Shown here piece after piece: positions 24,058 to 34,891 of a DNA stretch of 34,891 bases. The notes beneath the pieces are model-generated. The model was not told the DNA's origin, made no database searches, and saw only the letters and a program-made list of their open reading frames with translations. Position 1 is the first letter of the stretch, and every line of letters begins with the position of its first letter. A program made the position numbers and the translations under genes. The DNA is from Octopus bimaculoides (lineage: Eukaryota). The DNA lies in contig NC_068991.1 in the NCBI RefSeq assembly GCF_001194135.2, positions 36,143,928-36,178,818 of the forward strand, read 5' to 3'.

Positions 24058-24232
24058 TACTTGTATACGGTGTGTTATATGAATTTTTGGAAAGGTATCT
24101 CTTAGAACTAAACAAATTTGTTAAAAATAGAGAAGAGAAGATGTTAAAATTTGAAAGAATATTAATACATGCATACAATCGTTTCAAACAATGATATTAA
24201 AAGATGCAAATTCATGTTAGAATAATTAAATT
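24058..24232 (+). repeat. Left arm of long inverted repeat (partner 27878-28041)
   Basis: TACTTGTATACGGTG..TTAATACATGCATACAATCGTTTCAAACAATGATATTAAAA..AAATTCATG aligns to the reverse complement of 27878-28041, roughly 80-85% identical by eye. Confidence 0.9.
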
Positions 24233-24779
24233 AAGTACAATAAAAATGACAACATCAATACTAATAATACCAAAATTTATCTTCATATGAACAACATAGA
24301 CGATATTAGTGAACCTAAATCAACTGATGAATTAGTACACCCCGATAACAAAATAGAAACTCTCTATAATAGTCATCAACACAACATTAGCAATAGACGC
24401 AGAATTCACAACCACAATAAACATACTAATAAACTTAATCAATACCAGCACAATAACCAAAACTTTACTAAAAGAAAAACTAATATTAATTTTAACAATT
24501 CACAAATCACTAACTACACTAATAATAATACAAAAAAACCAAGAATACTGAAAATAAACGCCAAAAACACTTAATTATAGATAAAAATAAGAACATTAAA
24601 CCAATAAACATAAAAAATGAAAATAATCTCATCTCACCTAATCCATCCAATAATACACATAACCACAGAAATTATATTAATACAGCCAGAAATAAAATTG
24701 ACAAAAAAGAAACCAATACCATGTATAAGAATAGATAGCTCCCAAAATATAACCCATCACTCTAATAAAGAAAACAACA

Positions 24780-25720
24780 ATAATACTACTTGGATCATAA
24801 TACCTTTTGCCAAACATCTAAAATCTAATTTTATTAGATCCATTAGAAATATAATTAATAAAAACTTTAAAAACTCCAAATATGCAAAAATATCTAATAA
24901 CAAAAAACTCAGATTTGGATTTTCAGTCTCTCCAAACATTTTTAGGATAATCTCTCCTCTTAACAATAAGAAACTGAACCTATTTTATAATAAAAACAAT
25001 TCATCCAATATACCTAGCAACTCCGATGATAACTAACAGCTACCATTACGATTATAACCAAAACTCCATTATCCATAATAAATATAGACATAACAACATA
25101 GTACCACCCATAATTTAAATTGTAATTGCAGAGACCCAAATACTTGTGAAGTAGATAGAAATTGTTAAATGAAAGAAGTATTACATCAAGCAAACATTAT
25201 TGCTCATAACTTCTCTCTCTCTCTCTCTCTCTCTCCCNNNNNNNNNNNNNNNNNNNNNNNNNNNNNNNNNNNNNNNNNNNNNNNNNNNNNNNNNNNNNNN
25301 NNNNNNNNNNNNNNNNNNNNNNNNNNNNNNNNNNNNNNNNNNNNNNNNNNNNNNNNNNNNNNNNNNNNNNNNNNNNNNNNNNNNNNNNNNNNNNNNNNNN
25401 NNNNNNNNNNNNNNNNNNNNNNNNNNNNNNNNNNNNNNNATATATATATACACATTGGTTGCACGAAAACTTCTATAAAATCAAGAATTAATAATCATAG
25501 ATCTTCCTTTAATGATCCCAGAAAAGACAACGATTACTCAATATCTTGGAAAATCCTATTTTCTGCTCCATCTTACAAATATAATAACAAATTCTGTAGG
25601 TTATGTTTGGAAGAAAGCTACAATATAATGAGAATGAATGGACATCTGGTTAACACTAGAGATGAAAAAGTTTTTTCATGTATGCACATGACCAAATTCC
25701 TTTTTATTAATCTTAAATAA
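24780..25720 (+). pseudogene. Penelope-like element remnant: linker plus GIY-YIG endonuclease
   Basis: WIIIPF..KISNNKKLRFGFSVSPNI (cf. WFNPPF..KIFNRNTIKISYSCMPN); CNCR..C...C..KEVLHQA (cf. CNCR..CPL.G.CL..xVYQA); HIGCT..IKSRINNHRSSF; YSISWKIL..FCRLCLEE..VNTRDE..SCMH; interrupted by microsatellite plus gap 25238-25439. Confidence 0.85.
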
Positions 25721-26244
25721 TATTCCCCCCCTCACTTTAATTTTTTAAATAACATTTTCTTTTTTATATCTCTATCTTTTTAAAAATATCTCTATGTATT
25801 AACTCTTTCTATGGAATTGGATTATTAATCATCACAGCCTCTGCACATCTTTTACTGCATTTTATCTTATACTATATTGATACATATTTTTTATCTAACT
25901 CTCCTCTCTAATAATTATATGACCTACCTTATATTGGGCTAACATTTTCTCCAAATCTTCCTACACCTCCCTTTCTCTCAATATATTTTTATGTCTTCCC
26001 TTAGTATATAATATGCCTATTTTTTTGTAATTTACTTATTTGCATAATATGTACTTAACAAACCACCCTCCACTTACTTATTTTAATTAATAAGTATTTT
26101 AATTAGTTATGTTTTATGTTACTTGACAATCTGCCTGATATTTAACTATATTTTACAGCTGATATATGCAAACATTAATACTTCTTCGTGTCCAACTTCC
26201 CTACAACATTTCTAGATATAGATCCTATTTATCATTGTGCGTGT

Positions 26245-26404
<160 letters not shown>

Positions 26405-26590
26405 GTATGCTTATTAATTATATGTTACCACTAATATGTATTTTTAATATGAACCTGTGCACATATACGTATGTTCCACACACACACACACACACACATA
26501 CACACACACATATATATATATATAGATATATATATATAGATATATATATACCACTATATATTCATATATGCAAATATATATATATATGTA

Positions 26591-26649
<59 letters not shown>

Positions 26650-27877
26650 CAACATTTTTTATATGTATGGGCAACTATAATTATATTCTACATCCGTTTA
26701 CCTTTTTTTTTCTTTCTCTCTCTCTTTGCACCGGTATGAGTATACTTACTTATTTTTGTACAGTGTCCTCTCCTTCATGTACCCCCTCAAATAAAACAAC
26801 TTGTAAAACAACTAGAATGCCTACTTCTACGTGTACTATTCTGCAGATATGTCCTATAATAACGTATTAGTATACACTAAAAAAAATCTTTCCCCTTATA
26901 AGATTTTTTTATGACATTATATATGAATTATTTTGTATATTCTGTATACTTATGTGCACCCACTAGTAATGAAAAATTTTTTTCTTGTATTCATAATGCA
27001 AAATAACCTTTTATTACTTTAATATTTTTTACTTACATTATATTACTATATATTTCCCTCTCACTTTATGCCAAGCTAGCTTCTTACCTCACACTTTTAT
27101 TTATACACTTTTATTTATATGCATTATACATATCGATACTCATAATTTAAACTTCTTTTCCTAGCTATATTATCTCCTCTACATTGTTACTTTCAATTTA
27201 TTACATCTAACTAAACCTCTGAACGCTCTTTTTAACATTTTTAGCTACAGCAAGTATTTACTATCTCTAACTGTAATATTAACAACTAATTTCCTATAAA
27301 AAACATTTTTCCGTATATCTTATGCATACAAACGAATATTAGTTCTCACACTAACACTACTCCATCTTACATAGCTCTTTAAATATTTCTACCTCTAATA
27401 TTTGTTTTCGTTGCATTCTAGAAGCTTCCTGTGTAGTACATTCACTAGTTTAATTTCATTCTAACGCACATTTTTTTAAAATACATACCATACATAATAT
27501 TGTTTATAATTCAAACATAACTACGCTTTTCCAATGGGCTGGTTAATAAGCATTACCAGTTGGACTGTTATGTTAAACTTCCTTTTATACATGACTTATT
27601 TGGAATTTGAATTATTTATCCACTTACTCTTCTACAGAGGGAACGTCTCATAATACCTTTTACACTTATATTTTTAAATAACCGTTAGTTGCCTTAGTTT
27701 ATACATAACTAGACTCACATCCTTTATTATGATGCTCGTAAGTTTTCTTAAAGATAAATATGTATATCCGAAATTATTTTCTGCTTTTTTCTGGATTAAG
27801 TCCTCTGTAATAATAAAATTTTGTTTATACTTCTTGCAGTGAGGAGAACAGTGATATATAGTTAATTTAATCAAAAT

Positions 27878-28038
27878 AATTTAACTATTCTACCATGAAT
27901 TTGTATGTTTTAATATCACTGTTTGAAACGATCGTATGCATGTATTAAAATTCTTTTAAATTTTAACATCTCCATTTTAAAAAATTTGTTGTTCTGTGGG
28001 ATACATTTCCATAAATTCACAAAACGCACCATATACAA

Positions 28039-28041
<3 letters not shown>
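27878..28041 (-). repeat. Right arm of long inverted repeat (partner 24058-24232)
   Basis: See left arm; the outer end abuts (TA)n at 28041-28112. Confidence 0.9.
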
Positions 28042-28126
<85 letters not shown>

Positions 28127-28130
28127 AATC

Positions 28131-28255
28131 GATAGGCTTCTTTCAGTTTGCCTTAACCATATCCACTCATTGCCCAGGAGTGTCTTGCAGTTGTACTAGT
28201 CCCAAGACCGCAGACCGCATGGTTGGGAAGTAAGCTTCTTAACCAGACAGCTATG
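28131..28255 (-). mobile_element. 5' half of CORE-type SINE with internal deletion
   Basis: Reverse complement reads GCTGTCTGGTTAAGAAGCTTACTTCCCAACCA..TGAGTGGATATGG..AAACTGAAAGAAGCCTATCG and then (TA)n, as in the 21413 copy. Confidence 0.7.
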
Positions 28256-28298
28256 AAATTAAAAGCATTCATATAAACTATTGATGTATGTTTCTACA

Positions 28299-29310
28299 TA
28301 CACTTGGCGTGTCCAAGAAATGATACAAGGTAGACATAACATTTTTATTAAATGACACAGATGTTCCAAATTGCGCATGTTGTTTGGTACAGCTACTCTT
28401 TTACTACATAAAAGTTCTACCTAACAGAGTCTCCATCACAAGTGAAGTATTTACACCATCGTTGGGCTCACCGCTTAAATTCGCTTCTAATTAAATTCAG
28501 GTGTGCTCTGTTGGATCTACCTCTTCACAGCTACGTTCACTTCTTCTGTATCATCAAATCATTGACCTCGAAATCATTAGATTGAAAAGGTGAAAGTCCC
28601 AGGATAGTATATCCCACTATATCCAGGCTATATGGTAGATGGGGCGCCATGGACTACCCCGGTTTGCCAGTTGCCTGGTTTTTTACCAAAAATATCTGTA
28701 GTCACACTTTGTCATGGTGAATAATATCATGGGATGTTTCGTTTTCAGAATCTTATTTGGTATTTTCATTCTCATAGCTTCTGTAAGGTTTTTGAATATC
28801 TCAATGTGACGCTCGCCGATCAAGGTGCATCCAGTTCCAAAAAGAACCCATAAAATAGTGACTAATCCCTGACTCTGGAACAATTTTAAGTCTTGAGAAA
28901 GCGGTTTGACGATATTCTATGGACTAGGATTTCATTTCCGAATCATATATATAATTTCGCGTGTCATCTCTTATCGCTAGACCAGAAAAAAATGTGTTTT
29001 CATTGGCTTGAAACACTTCCAGCAGCCCAGAACAGGCATCTCTTCAAATCAGGTTCCAGCTTCTGAGATACGCATTTAGTGCATACTTTCTGTTGTCTAA
29101 AATCTTTGCCAAATTCTGTGATGCATTGTGACAATAGTCCAGTTGTGCAGCAAGCTCTCGCTTGTCTACGCAAATAAATTGTTCCGTATCAGTGCTCGCA
29201 ACCAATTGTCTTCCACTGTGTAGTTTGTCTTCAATGCTTGTTTACCTTCTTTAAACTTCTTCATCTGTACAACTCATCGTCAAGGACTACATGACGGTAC
29301 GTTGCTTCTG
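28299..29310 (-). pseudogene. mariner (DD34D-type) transposase remnant
   Basis: Minus-strand KFKEGKQ..EDKLHSGR (cf. RFKEGRES.EDD.RSGRP), KVCTKCVSQKL (cf. KVCARWVPHxL), IRDDTRNYIYDSE (cf. TGDETW.YxYDPE), HHDK (cf. HHDN), HLPYSLDI..SWDFHLF (cf. HPPYSPDLAPSDFHLF), RWCKY..CDGD; many stops and frameshifts. Confidence 0.85.
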
Positions 29311-29368
29311 CTATAACCCCTTTATATGTTTGCATTAAAAAAGTGAAGGAATAAGACTTACTCTAGAG

Positions 29369-29607
29369 CTGTGGTCCTCAACCATTTGTTTACCTATGGA
29401 CCCCTTAGATTTCTGTTTTACTCGAGGGGGCTCTCATAGCTATTCGATGTTTAAAATATTGTACTATATCTTTATAATTAAATGCCATAAGAAATTGAAT
29501 TTAAAATATTGTTAAAATATTTTATGCATTGTAGAAGTTACAAATTTTTATTAAAAACTCTTATATGGACTCCCAAGTATTATAAGGACCCTGCTTGAGA
29601 ACCAATG
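29369..29607. mobile_element. hAT (Charlie-type) MITE with 8-bp TSD
   Basis: TIRs CTGTGGTCCTCAACC / GCTTGAGAACCAATG (11/15 match); flanks CTCTAGAG (29361-29368) and CTCTAGAA (29608-29615) fit the NTCTAGAN target preference. Confidence 0.9.
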
Positions 29608-30598
29608 CTCTAGAAGAAGAGCTGAATTACCAATGGGCTGGTTAATAAGAGTTATGACCACTTTTGCACTTCTTTTCCGGTGACCCCCATGTGTATGCGT
29701 ACGTAGTACATACATATATACATACATACATACATACATACACACACACAGATAGCTATACAAAAATTTCATTATCATAGGTTTAGCATTGTTCTGTAAG
29801 TGGCACAATATAACGATAACTCCCCTTTTGTTTATCCGTTTAACTACCCAGAGTAGTCCGAGAGGCCGGCCGAATGAATAATAGAACAGCAGCCCTGCTA
29901 TCTTGGTGCCTCTGAACTGTAGAAGTCATCTACAGACTACAGTGGAGTGGTTCAATGAATTTAATGAGGAGTTTGGCCAAGGATGTTGTGAGTATGTGGG
30001 AGGTGTGAGGGAGGGTTTGAGAGAAGGGGACAAAAGATGTATTCTTAAGAAGCTCAACTGATCTCGGGTTTTAACCGGCTTATATTAATTCTGATCAGAC
30101 TTTTGAATGACTGTATATTTTGCTATACAAATATTTTGATAATTATTCACATATACTGCGTCCATATTGATTGATTTGGCCTGAGGCAGAAACCATTTGA
30201 TAATTAATTACATATATCTATATACATACAGATTAGTTTATTTGACCTGAAACAGGGACCATTTTGCTAGAAAGGTGTCTTCTAAAGTGAAATAATGTTT
30301 GCTTTCACGATACAACTGGCATCAAAGGAAAAGTCAATACCCGTAGAATTTGAATTGATAACATACGCATGAATGCGTATGTTTATGTGTAATGAACGTA
30401 TAAGCATGTGCATAAATCTGCTGGTTGACATCATCTTCTACTGATCATTGAGCATGCACAAGTCTAACCTGATATTAATAACGGACTGTCATGTATAAAG
30501 GAAACTGTAATAAAACCGTCATTCGAAAGTCTTAACTCGAATCAAAGCTATCGGATGATTACCGCTTTTAACATGAAACTGAAAGTTATAACATCTGC

Positions 30599-30661
<63 letters not shown>
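30599..30661. repeat. (AAT)n microsatellite
   Basis: Perfect array. Confidence 0.95.
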
Positions 30662-30662
<1 letters not shown>

Positions 30663-30667
30663 TTTGA

Positions 30668-31000
30668 TATGACATGAATGTTGTGAGTAAAGAGGTTGAA
30701 AAAAATCACCAAGTACTCCGAATTGAAAATGGAAATGGCAAGACTGTATGGAATGCGGGAGTGTAATGTAAAAGTGATACGAATGGTGATCGGAGCGTTG
30801 GGCTCAATGCCATTGAAACTTCAAGACTTCTTAAAGTAACTAGAAGTCCCATGCAAAATTGATGGCTTGCAAAAAGCAGCCTTATTGGATACAGCACACA
30901 TCTTAAGGAACGTATTATCTGTCTGGGGTCCTTGTCGTGACTTGACGGATAACTAAAGACTCCGTTGTATTTTTACCTACACTGTGTTACGAAGGAATAA
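30668..31000 (+). mobile_element. 3' end of RLE-type (R4/Dong-like) LINE
   Basis: EK/ITKYSELKMEMARLY..VIRMVIGALG..LQKAALLDTAHILRNVLS matches the RLE C-terminus EKxxKYxDLxxE..VIPIVIGALG..QKAALLGTAHILRKVL; followed by (GAT)n. Confidence 0.85.
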
Positions 31001-31039
31001 TGACGATGATGATGATGAGGATGATGATGATTATGATGA

Positions 31040-31385
31040 GCCGATGTAATCCACTTGCTCCCTCTCTCAAACTGCAATGCCCAGCTACTTCCTGCACACA
31101 TCTTTCAGCACATGCGCTGTTCTGAGTATGGCTGCTAACTTCCAATGATGTCTTGGCATTTCCAAATTCTCATGCCAGTTTTTTTTTATTATTTGGTTTC
31201 TTGTGTAATATCACGATGTGTATCACACTTGCTCTTGAGGTTTTGTGAATGCGATCCACTTCATACGTTAGATCTTGATACCTTTCGGCTTCCTCGTTGT
31301 CTGATTTCAAAATGTTCTGATCTGCAGGTACATTCTTTGTCAATGAAAATCCATTCTTTGGTCACTTTCTAGAGGAATATCCAAT
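31040..31385 (-). mobile_element. 3' end of a second RLE-type LINE, opposite strand
   Basis: FID..VPADQNILK..EAERYQDLTYEV..ASVIHIVI and KLAAILRTAHVLKDV*. Confidence 0.75.
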
Positions 31386-31639
31386 GACTTCATCATCATC
31401 ATCATCATCATCATCAATCTATGCACGATGTCTCAGTGAAACATGTACGAAACGTGCGAAATCAACATCGGAAAGTTTTACAAATTATAAAATATATATG
31501 GAACAAAACAGTAAATGCATAAATTGATTAATTACACATACACTCGAATGTCTACAGAATCATATATACATTTTAATACCCATAGGACTACACATACATC
31601 CCAATGCTTACACAACTACGTGAAATTTACAGGACACAT

Positions 31640-33515
31640 ACACGCATCACCAAGGGTCGAGTACTCGAGTAATGAACCAGATTGGGTACGAAAAATCCGT
31701 TACTGGTTCAAATCTTCCCGAAACACAGGAGCTGGAAGTACCCCACAACCAGATGGTCGTCCAACAGATGGTCGTCCAACAGATGGTCGTCCAACAGATG
31801 GTCGTCATCAAACAATCAAAAGAAAAAGAATGAAAAATAGTCTAGGGGAGATAATAAAGAAATTCTTAAGGCCTTCTATCATGCCATGTATTTCCCCACA
31901 AATAAATCGAAAACTGTACAAACCTACTTAAACTGGAGATAGAAACACCTTGAAGTAAGACCCTACATAGACAGTAACAGACTTGCCAACCTCAGAAGAA
32001 ACATTGTGAAAAAGAAATTACTGACCAAATTAAACAATCAGTAATGGATAAAAGGAACGAAGTTGCAGCTAAAGAAGATACTACAGGGGAAATAATTATA
32101 GACCAACCCAGGTCTGATGAAAATACAATAATGACTGAAAGAGTTAATATAACTGATAAGCAAAGTGAAATACTCTCTGAACCAACCATAAACACTAAGG
32201 CAGATGAAAATCAAATAGATGAAGAGAGTCACACAGAAATTGACCCAACAGAACTACATGATCTAAAAATTCAAATCATGATTGAATGGCTGAAAATTAA
32301 AGAAACCAGTATGAATGAACGCGACACTCTCCCCAAAATTCGCATTTCTAATCAAAGCCTGAGAGTAATTTGGTAAAATCCGCCTTGCACTTAAGGATAT
32401 AATTTCAGCTAATGATGTTGATATTACAGATCTCAACCACCTGTACTATGTATCCGCGAAAATCTCAACGATTCTATGTGGTGAAAAGATTAGAAAGCGA
32501 CAACATTCCTACAAAAAGCCTACTTGGCAAGAGCGTATTGAATACCAAATTCAGCTACTTAGGTCTGACATAGAATGTTTAAAAAAACCTTAAGTTTGAC
32601 AGGACTATCAAACCAACAAAAATCTGAAAATTAAAGAAAGAATATATGTAAGCCATACTTGACATCGATACCACCATAGAAACCATTAAGCAAAAGGTAT
32701 GTGCTAAAGCTACCTGCATAGAAAGATATGAAAAGCGCGTTAGATTCTTCAAGGACAACACCTACAAACATAACCCCAAAATTTTTACAGGAAGATATGG
32801 AAAATACCAGCTACAGTAAAGTCTGGCCCATCAAAAGAAGTGCAGGAATTTTGAAATAAAATTTGGGCCGAAGAAAAAACACACAATAAAAATGCCCCTT
32901 GGAGTGATAGAATATCTACAGACCTAGACTCCTTAGAAGAGCAAAAGGGAGGGTATCAAGGTAGATGTAAGAACTGCTTTCTGGAGGTCAAGCAAATGGG
33001 AGTATCCAAGAAAGGATAAAATTCCTAACTTCTGATTGAAAGCCTTCCCAAAGAGCCATGAACTGTTAACAAATAACTTTACAACAATGTTTTGCAACGA
33101 CCTAGTATAATTTCCTCTTGAGTAGTCAATGGTTTAACATTCCTACTTCCAAATGAACCAAAAAATTATAGACCCATAACATGCTTAGCTACAATGTATA
33201 AAATACTAACATCTGTCTTGACTGAATATACCTTTAGTCTTTTAACAGAAAGTGGCATATTCCTTAATGAGCAAAGAGGATGTAAATGTGGGTCCTATGG
33301 TTGTAAAGATCAGCTACTCATCAATAAGATGATCTTGGAAGATTGTCATAAACAACACAAAAACTTGTCGATAGCCTAGATAGAATATTACATAACAAAA
33401 ACACCAGTAATTACAAGTATATATAACATACAGAAAATAGCATTACTGAGTACCGTTGATGTTGCATGCTCCTTTGACCCACGAATATTCAAGAAGGAAG
33501 GCGAAAAGAAATAAA
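31640..33515 (+). mobile_element. RLE-type (R4/Dong-like) LINE remnant: N-terminal region and RT domains 0-3, then deletion to the C-terminus
   Basis: DNKEILKAFYHAM, RPYIDSNRLANLRRNI, LPKIRIS, NYRPITCLATMYKILTS, EQRGCKCGSYGCKDQLLINKMILED, NLSIA*IEY; then YITKTPVITSIYNIQKIALLST; stops and frameshifts throughout. Confidence 0.9.
31746..31805 (+). repeat. 15-bp tandem repeat x4 (CCAACAGATGGTCGT; PTDGR)
   Basis: Three perfect units plus one variant. Confidence 0.95.
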
Positions 33516-33525
33516 TACAACCCTC

Positions 33526-34410
33526 TTAATCCATTAATGCCCGAAATAAAAATTTTAAATTTTTTGTTACATTCAAATACGTTGTATACTTTTATGTATT
33601 TTAGAAGTTCACAACAAAATAAAGTGGTTTTTAGATCCGTATGATATATCATACGCTGTGCAAGTAGGGTTAACATTTTAAAATAAGGACGAAGTAAAAA
33701 AAAAATTTAATCTCATTTATTTGTTTTACAAAAAATTTCTAATGACAAGTAAATATAATATTTCTAAGAGGAATCTCATTTATTGATGAAAATGAAGAAA
33801 GCATGTGTCAGGATGTAGGCCTACATTGCATTTGATGCTAATAAATTTGGTGCATTTTCCACAAGCTGCGCATAGCCTTTGAGTTTCAATTTTGCTGACA
33901 AGGTGGTTTCTGTTATCGAATCGTGCCATTTGCGGAACTTGCTTCATTGTTTTAGGACGTACTACTCTTTTCTTTTCTAAATCTAGTACAGCAAGCAATG
34001 CAGTAACTAATTGTCTTGTAAATTCCAGTAGAGAAACGTTCCTCTGAATGCAGCAGAAAAGAATCCATAAAATTATAATGCTTCTATTTCGGCAAAATCT
34101 AAACAAGGATCGAGTTTATTGTTCTCGTTGAAATGCAGGTATTGGTGTATTTTCTCAAACCTGTTTCTAGACATTGCATGACTAACTAAATGGTTGTTTG
34201 AATCGGATCTAGTCTCCCAGTACATTCTTCTGCGAGGTAGTTTATTGTAGACCGACAATAGAAGAATTCCAAAATACTTGTAAATATCCTCTACGGACAA
34301 AGTAAACTGCAAATCTCACTTTTGTGCGGCATATTTAACGGTTTCTCTGCAAATACGATTCGTAATATCTTTAGAGAAGCACTCCTTGAAGACCTCAGTT
34401 GACTCAAATT
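33526..34410 (-). pseudogene. piggyBac (PGBD-type) transposase remnant with core deletion and putative 3' terminus
   Basis: STEVFKECFSKDI..ETVKYAAQK*; YFGILLLSVY..RRMYW..AMSRNRFEKIHQYLHFNEN; C-terminal Cys-rich QRLCAACGKCTKFISIKCNVGLHPDTCFLHFH*; terminus-like TTAA-TCCATTAATGCCC at 33526-33542. Confidence 0.85.
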
Positions 34411-34537
34411 TCTAGGCTGTAGGTAGCGAGCCCGCTGCGCATGCAAAACTTCAAGAGCTCCACCAAAACCTGTGATAAAAAACAATAACAATAATAAAAA
34501 TAATAATAATAAAAATAATGATAATAATAATAATAAT

Positions 34538-34749
34538 CCCTTCTACTGAATGTACAAGGCCTGAAATTTGGGGGAAGGGGACTAGTCGGTTACATCGACC
34601 CCAGCGTTTCACTCGTATTTAATTTATCGGTCCCGAAAAGATGAAGGGCATAGTCGACCTCGGCGAAATTTGAACTCAGAACATAAAGACTGACGAAAAA
34701 CTGCAAAGTATTGTGCACGGCGTGCTAACAATTCTACCAGCTCATCGCC

Positions 34750-34751
<2 letters not shown>
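34538..34751 (+). mobile_element. SINE 3' portion (same family as 5810), longest copy, embedded in (AAT)n
   Basis: ATCGACCCCAG..TTTATCGGTCCCGAAAAGATGAAGGGCATAGTCGACCTCGGCGAAATTTGAACTCAGAAC..CCAGCTCATCGCCTT. Confidence 0.85.
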
Positions 34752-34815
<64 letters not shown>

Positions 34816-34816
34816 G

Positions 34817-34877
<61 letters not shown>

Positions 34878-34891
34878 AATGATAATGATAA
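34752..34891. repeat. (AAT)n-(GAT)n compound microsatellite
   Basis: Read directly. Confidence 0.95.

Noticed and set aside
29850-29880. CAGAGTA-GTCC-GAGA-GGCC..GAA resembling a hammerhead core
   Set aside because: CUGANGA is absent, stem II is mismatched and GAAA is missing
31426-31458. GCACG..GAAACGTGC pairing upstream of the LINE (ribozyme?)
   Set aside because: No CUGANGA box and no UH cleavage site in the required position
31746-31805. Repeats considered as a CRISPR array
   Set aside because: Head-to-tail tandem units without spacers, in eukaryotic context

Overview
AT-rich eukaryotic non-genic DNA with about 3.7 kb of N-gaps in 12 runs, mostly flanked by microsatellites. The repeat families resemble those I recall from Octopus, so this is probably a short-read octopus scaffold (inference). 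No intact host gene, tRNA, rRNA or CRISPR array can be supported, and most listed ORFs are microsatellite or gap artefacts. The window is a layered transposon graveyard. DNA transposons: a hAT/Charlie transposase remnant with an internal inversion (2.6-3.4 kb), a Helitron2/Helentron-like element (6.0-6.3 kb), a mariner remnant (28.3-29.3 kb), a hAT MITE with its 8-bp TSD, and a piggyBac remnant lacking its catalytic core (33.5-34.4 kb). Retroelements: several tRNA-derived SINE families, a Penelope-type GIY-YIG endonuclease remnant bracketed by ~170-bp inverted repeats (24-28 kb), and three pieces of R4/Dong-like RLE LINEs (30.7-33.5 kb). The most notable signal is a tRNA-headed SINE, present as an inverted pair, whose 3' part carries a minimal Penelope-type hammerhead ribozyme motif; each copy has a different single core mutation.
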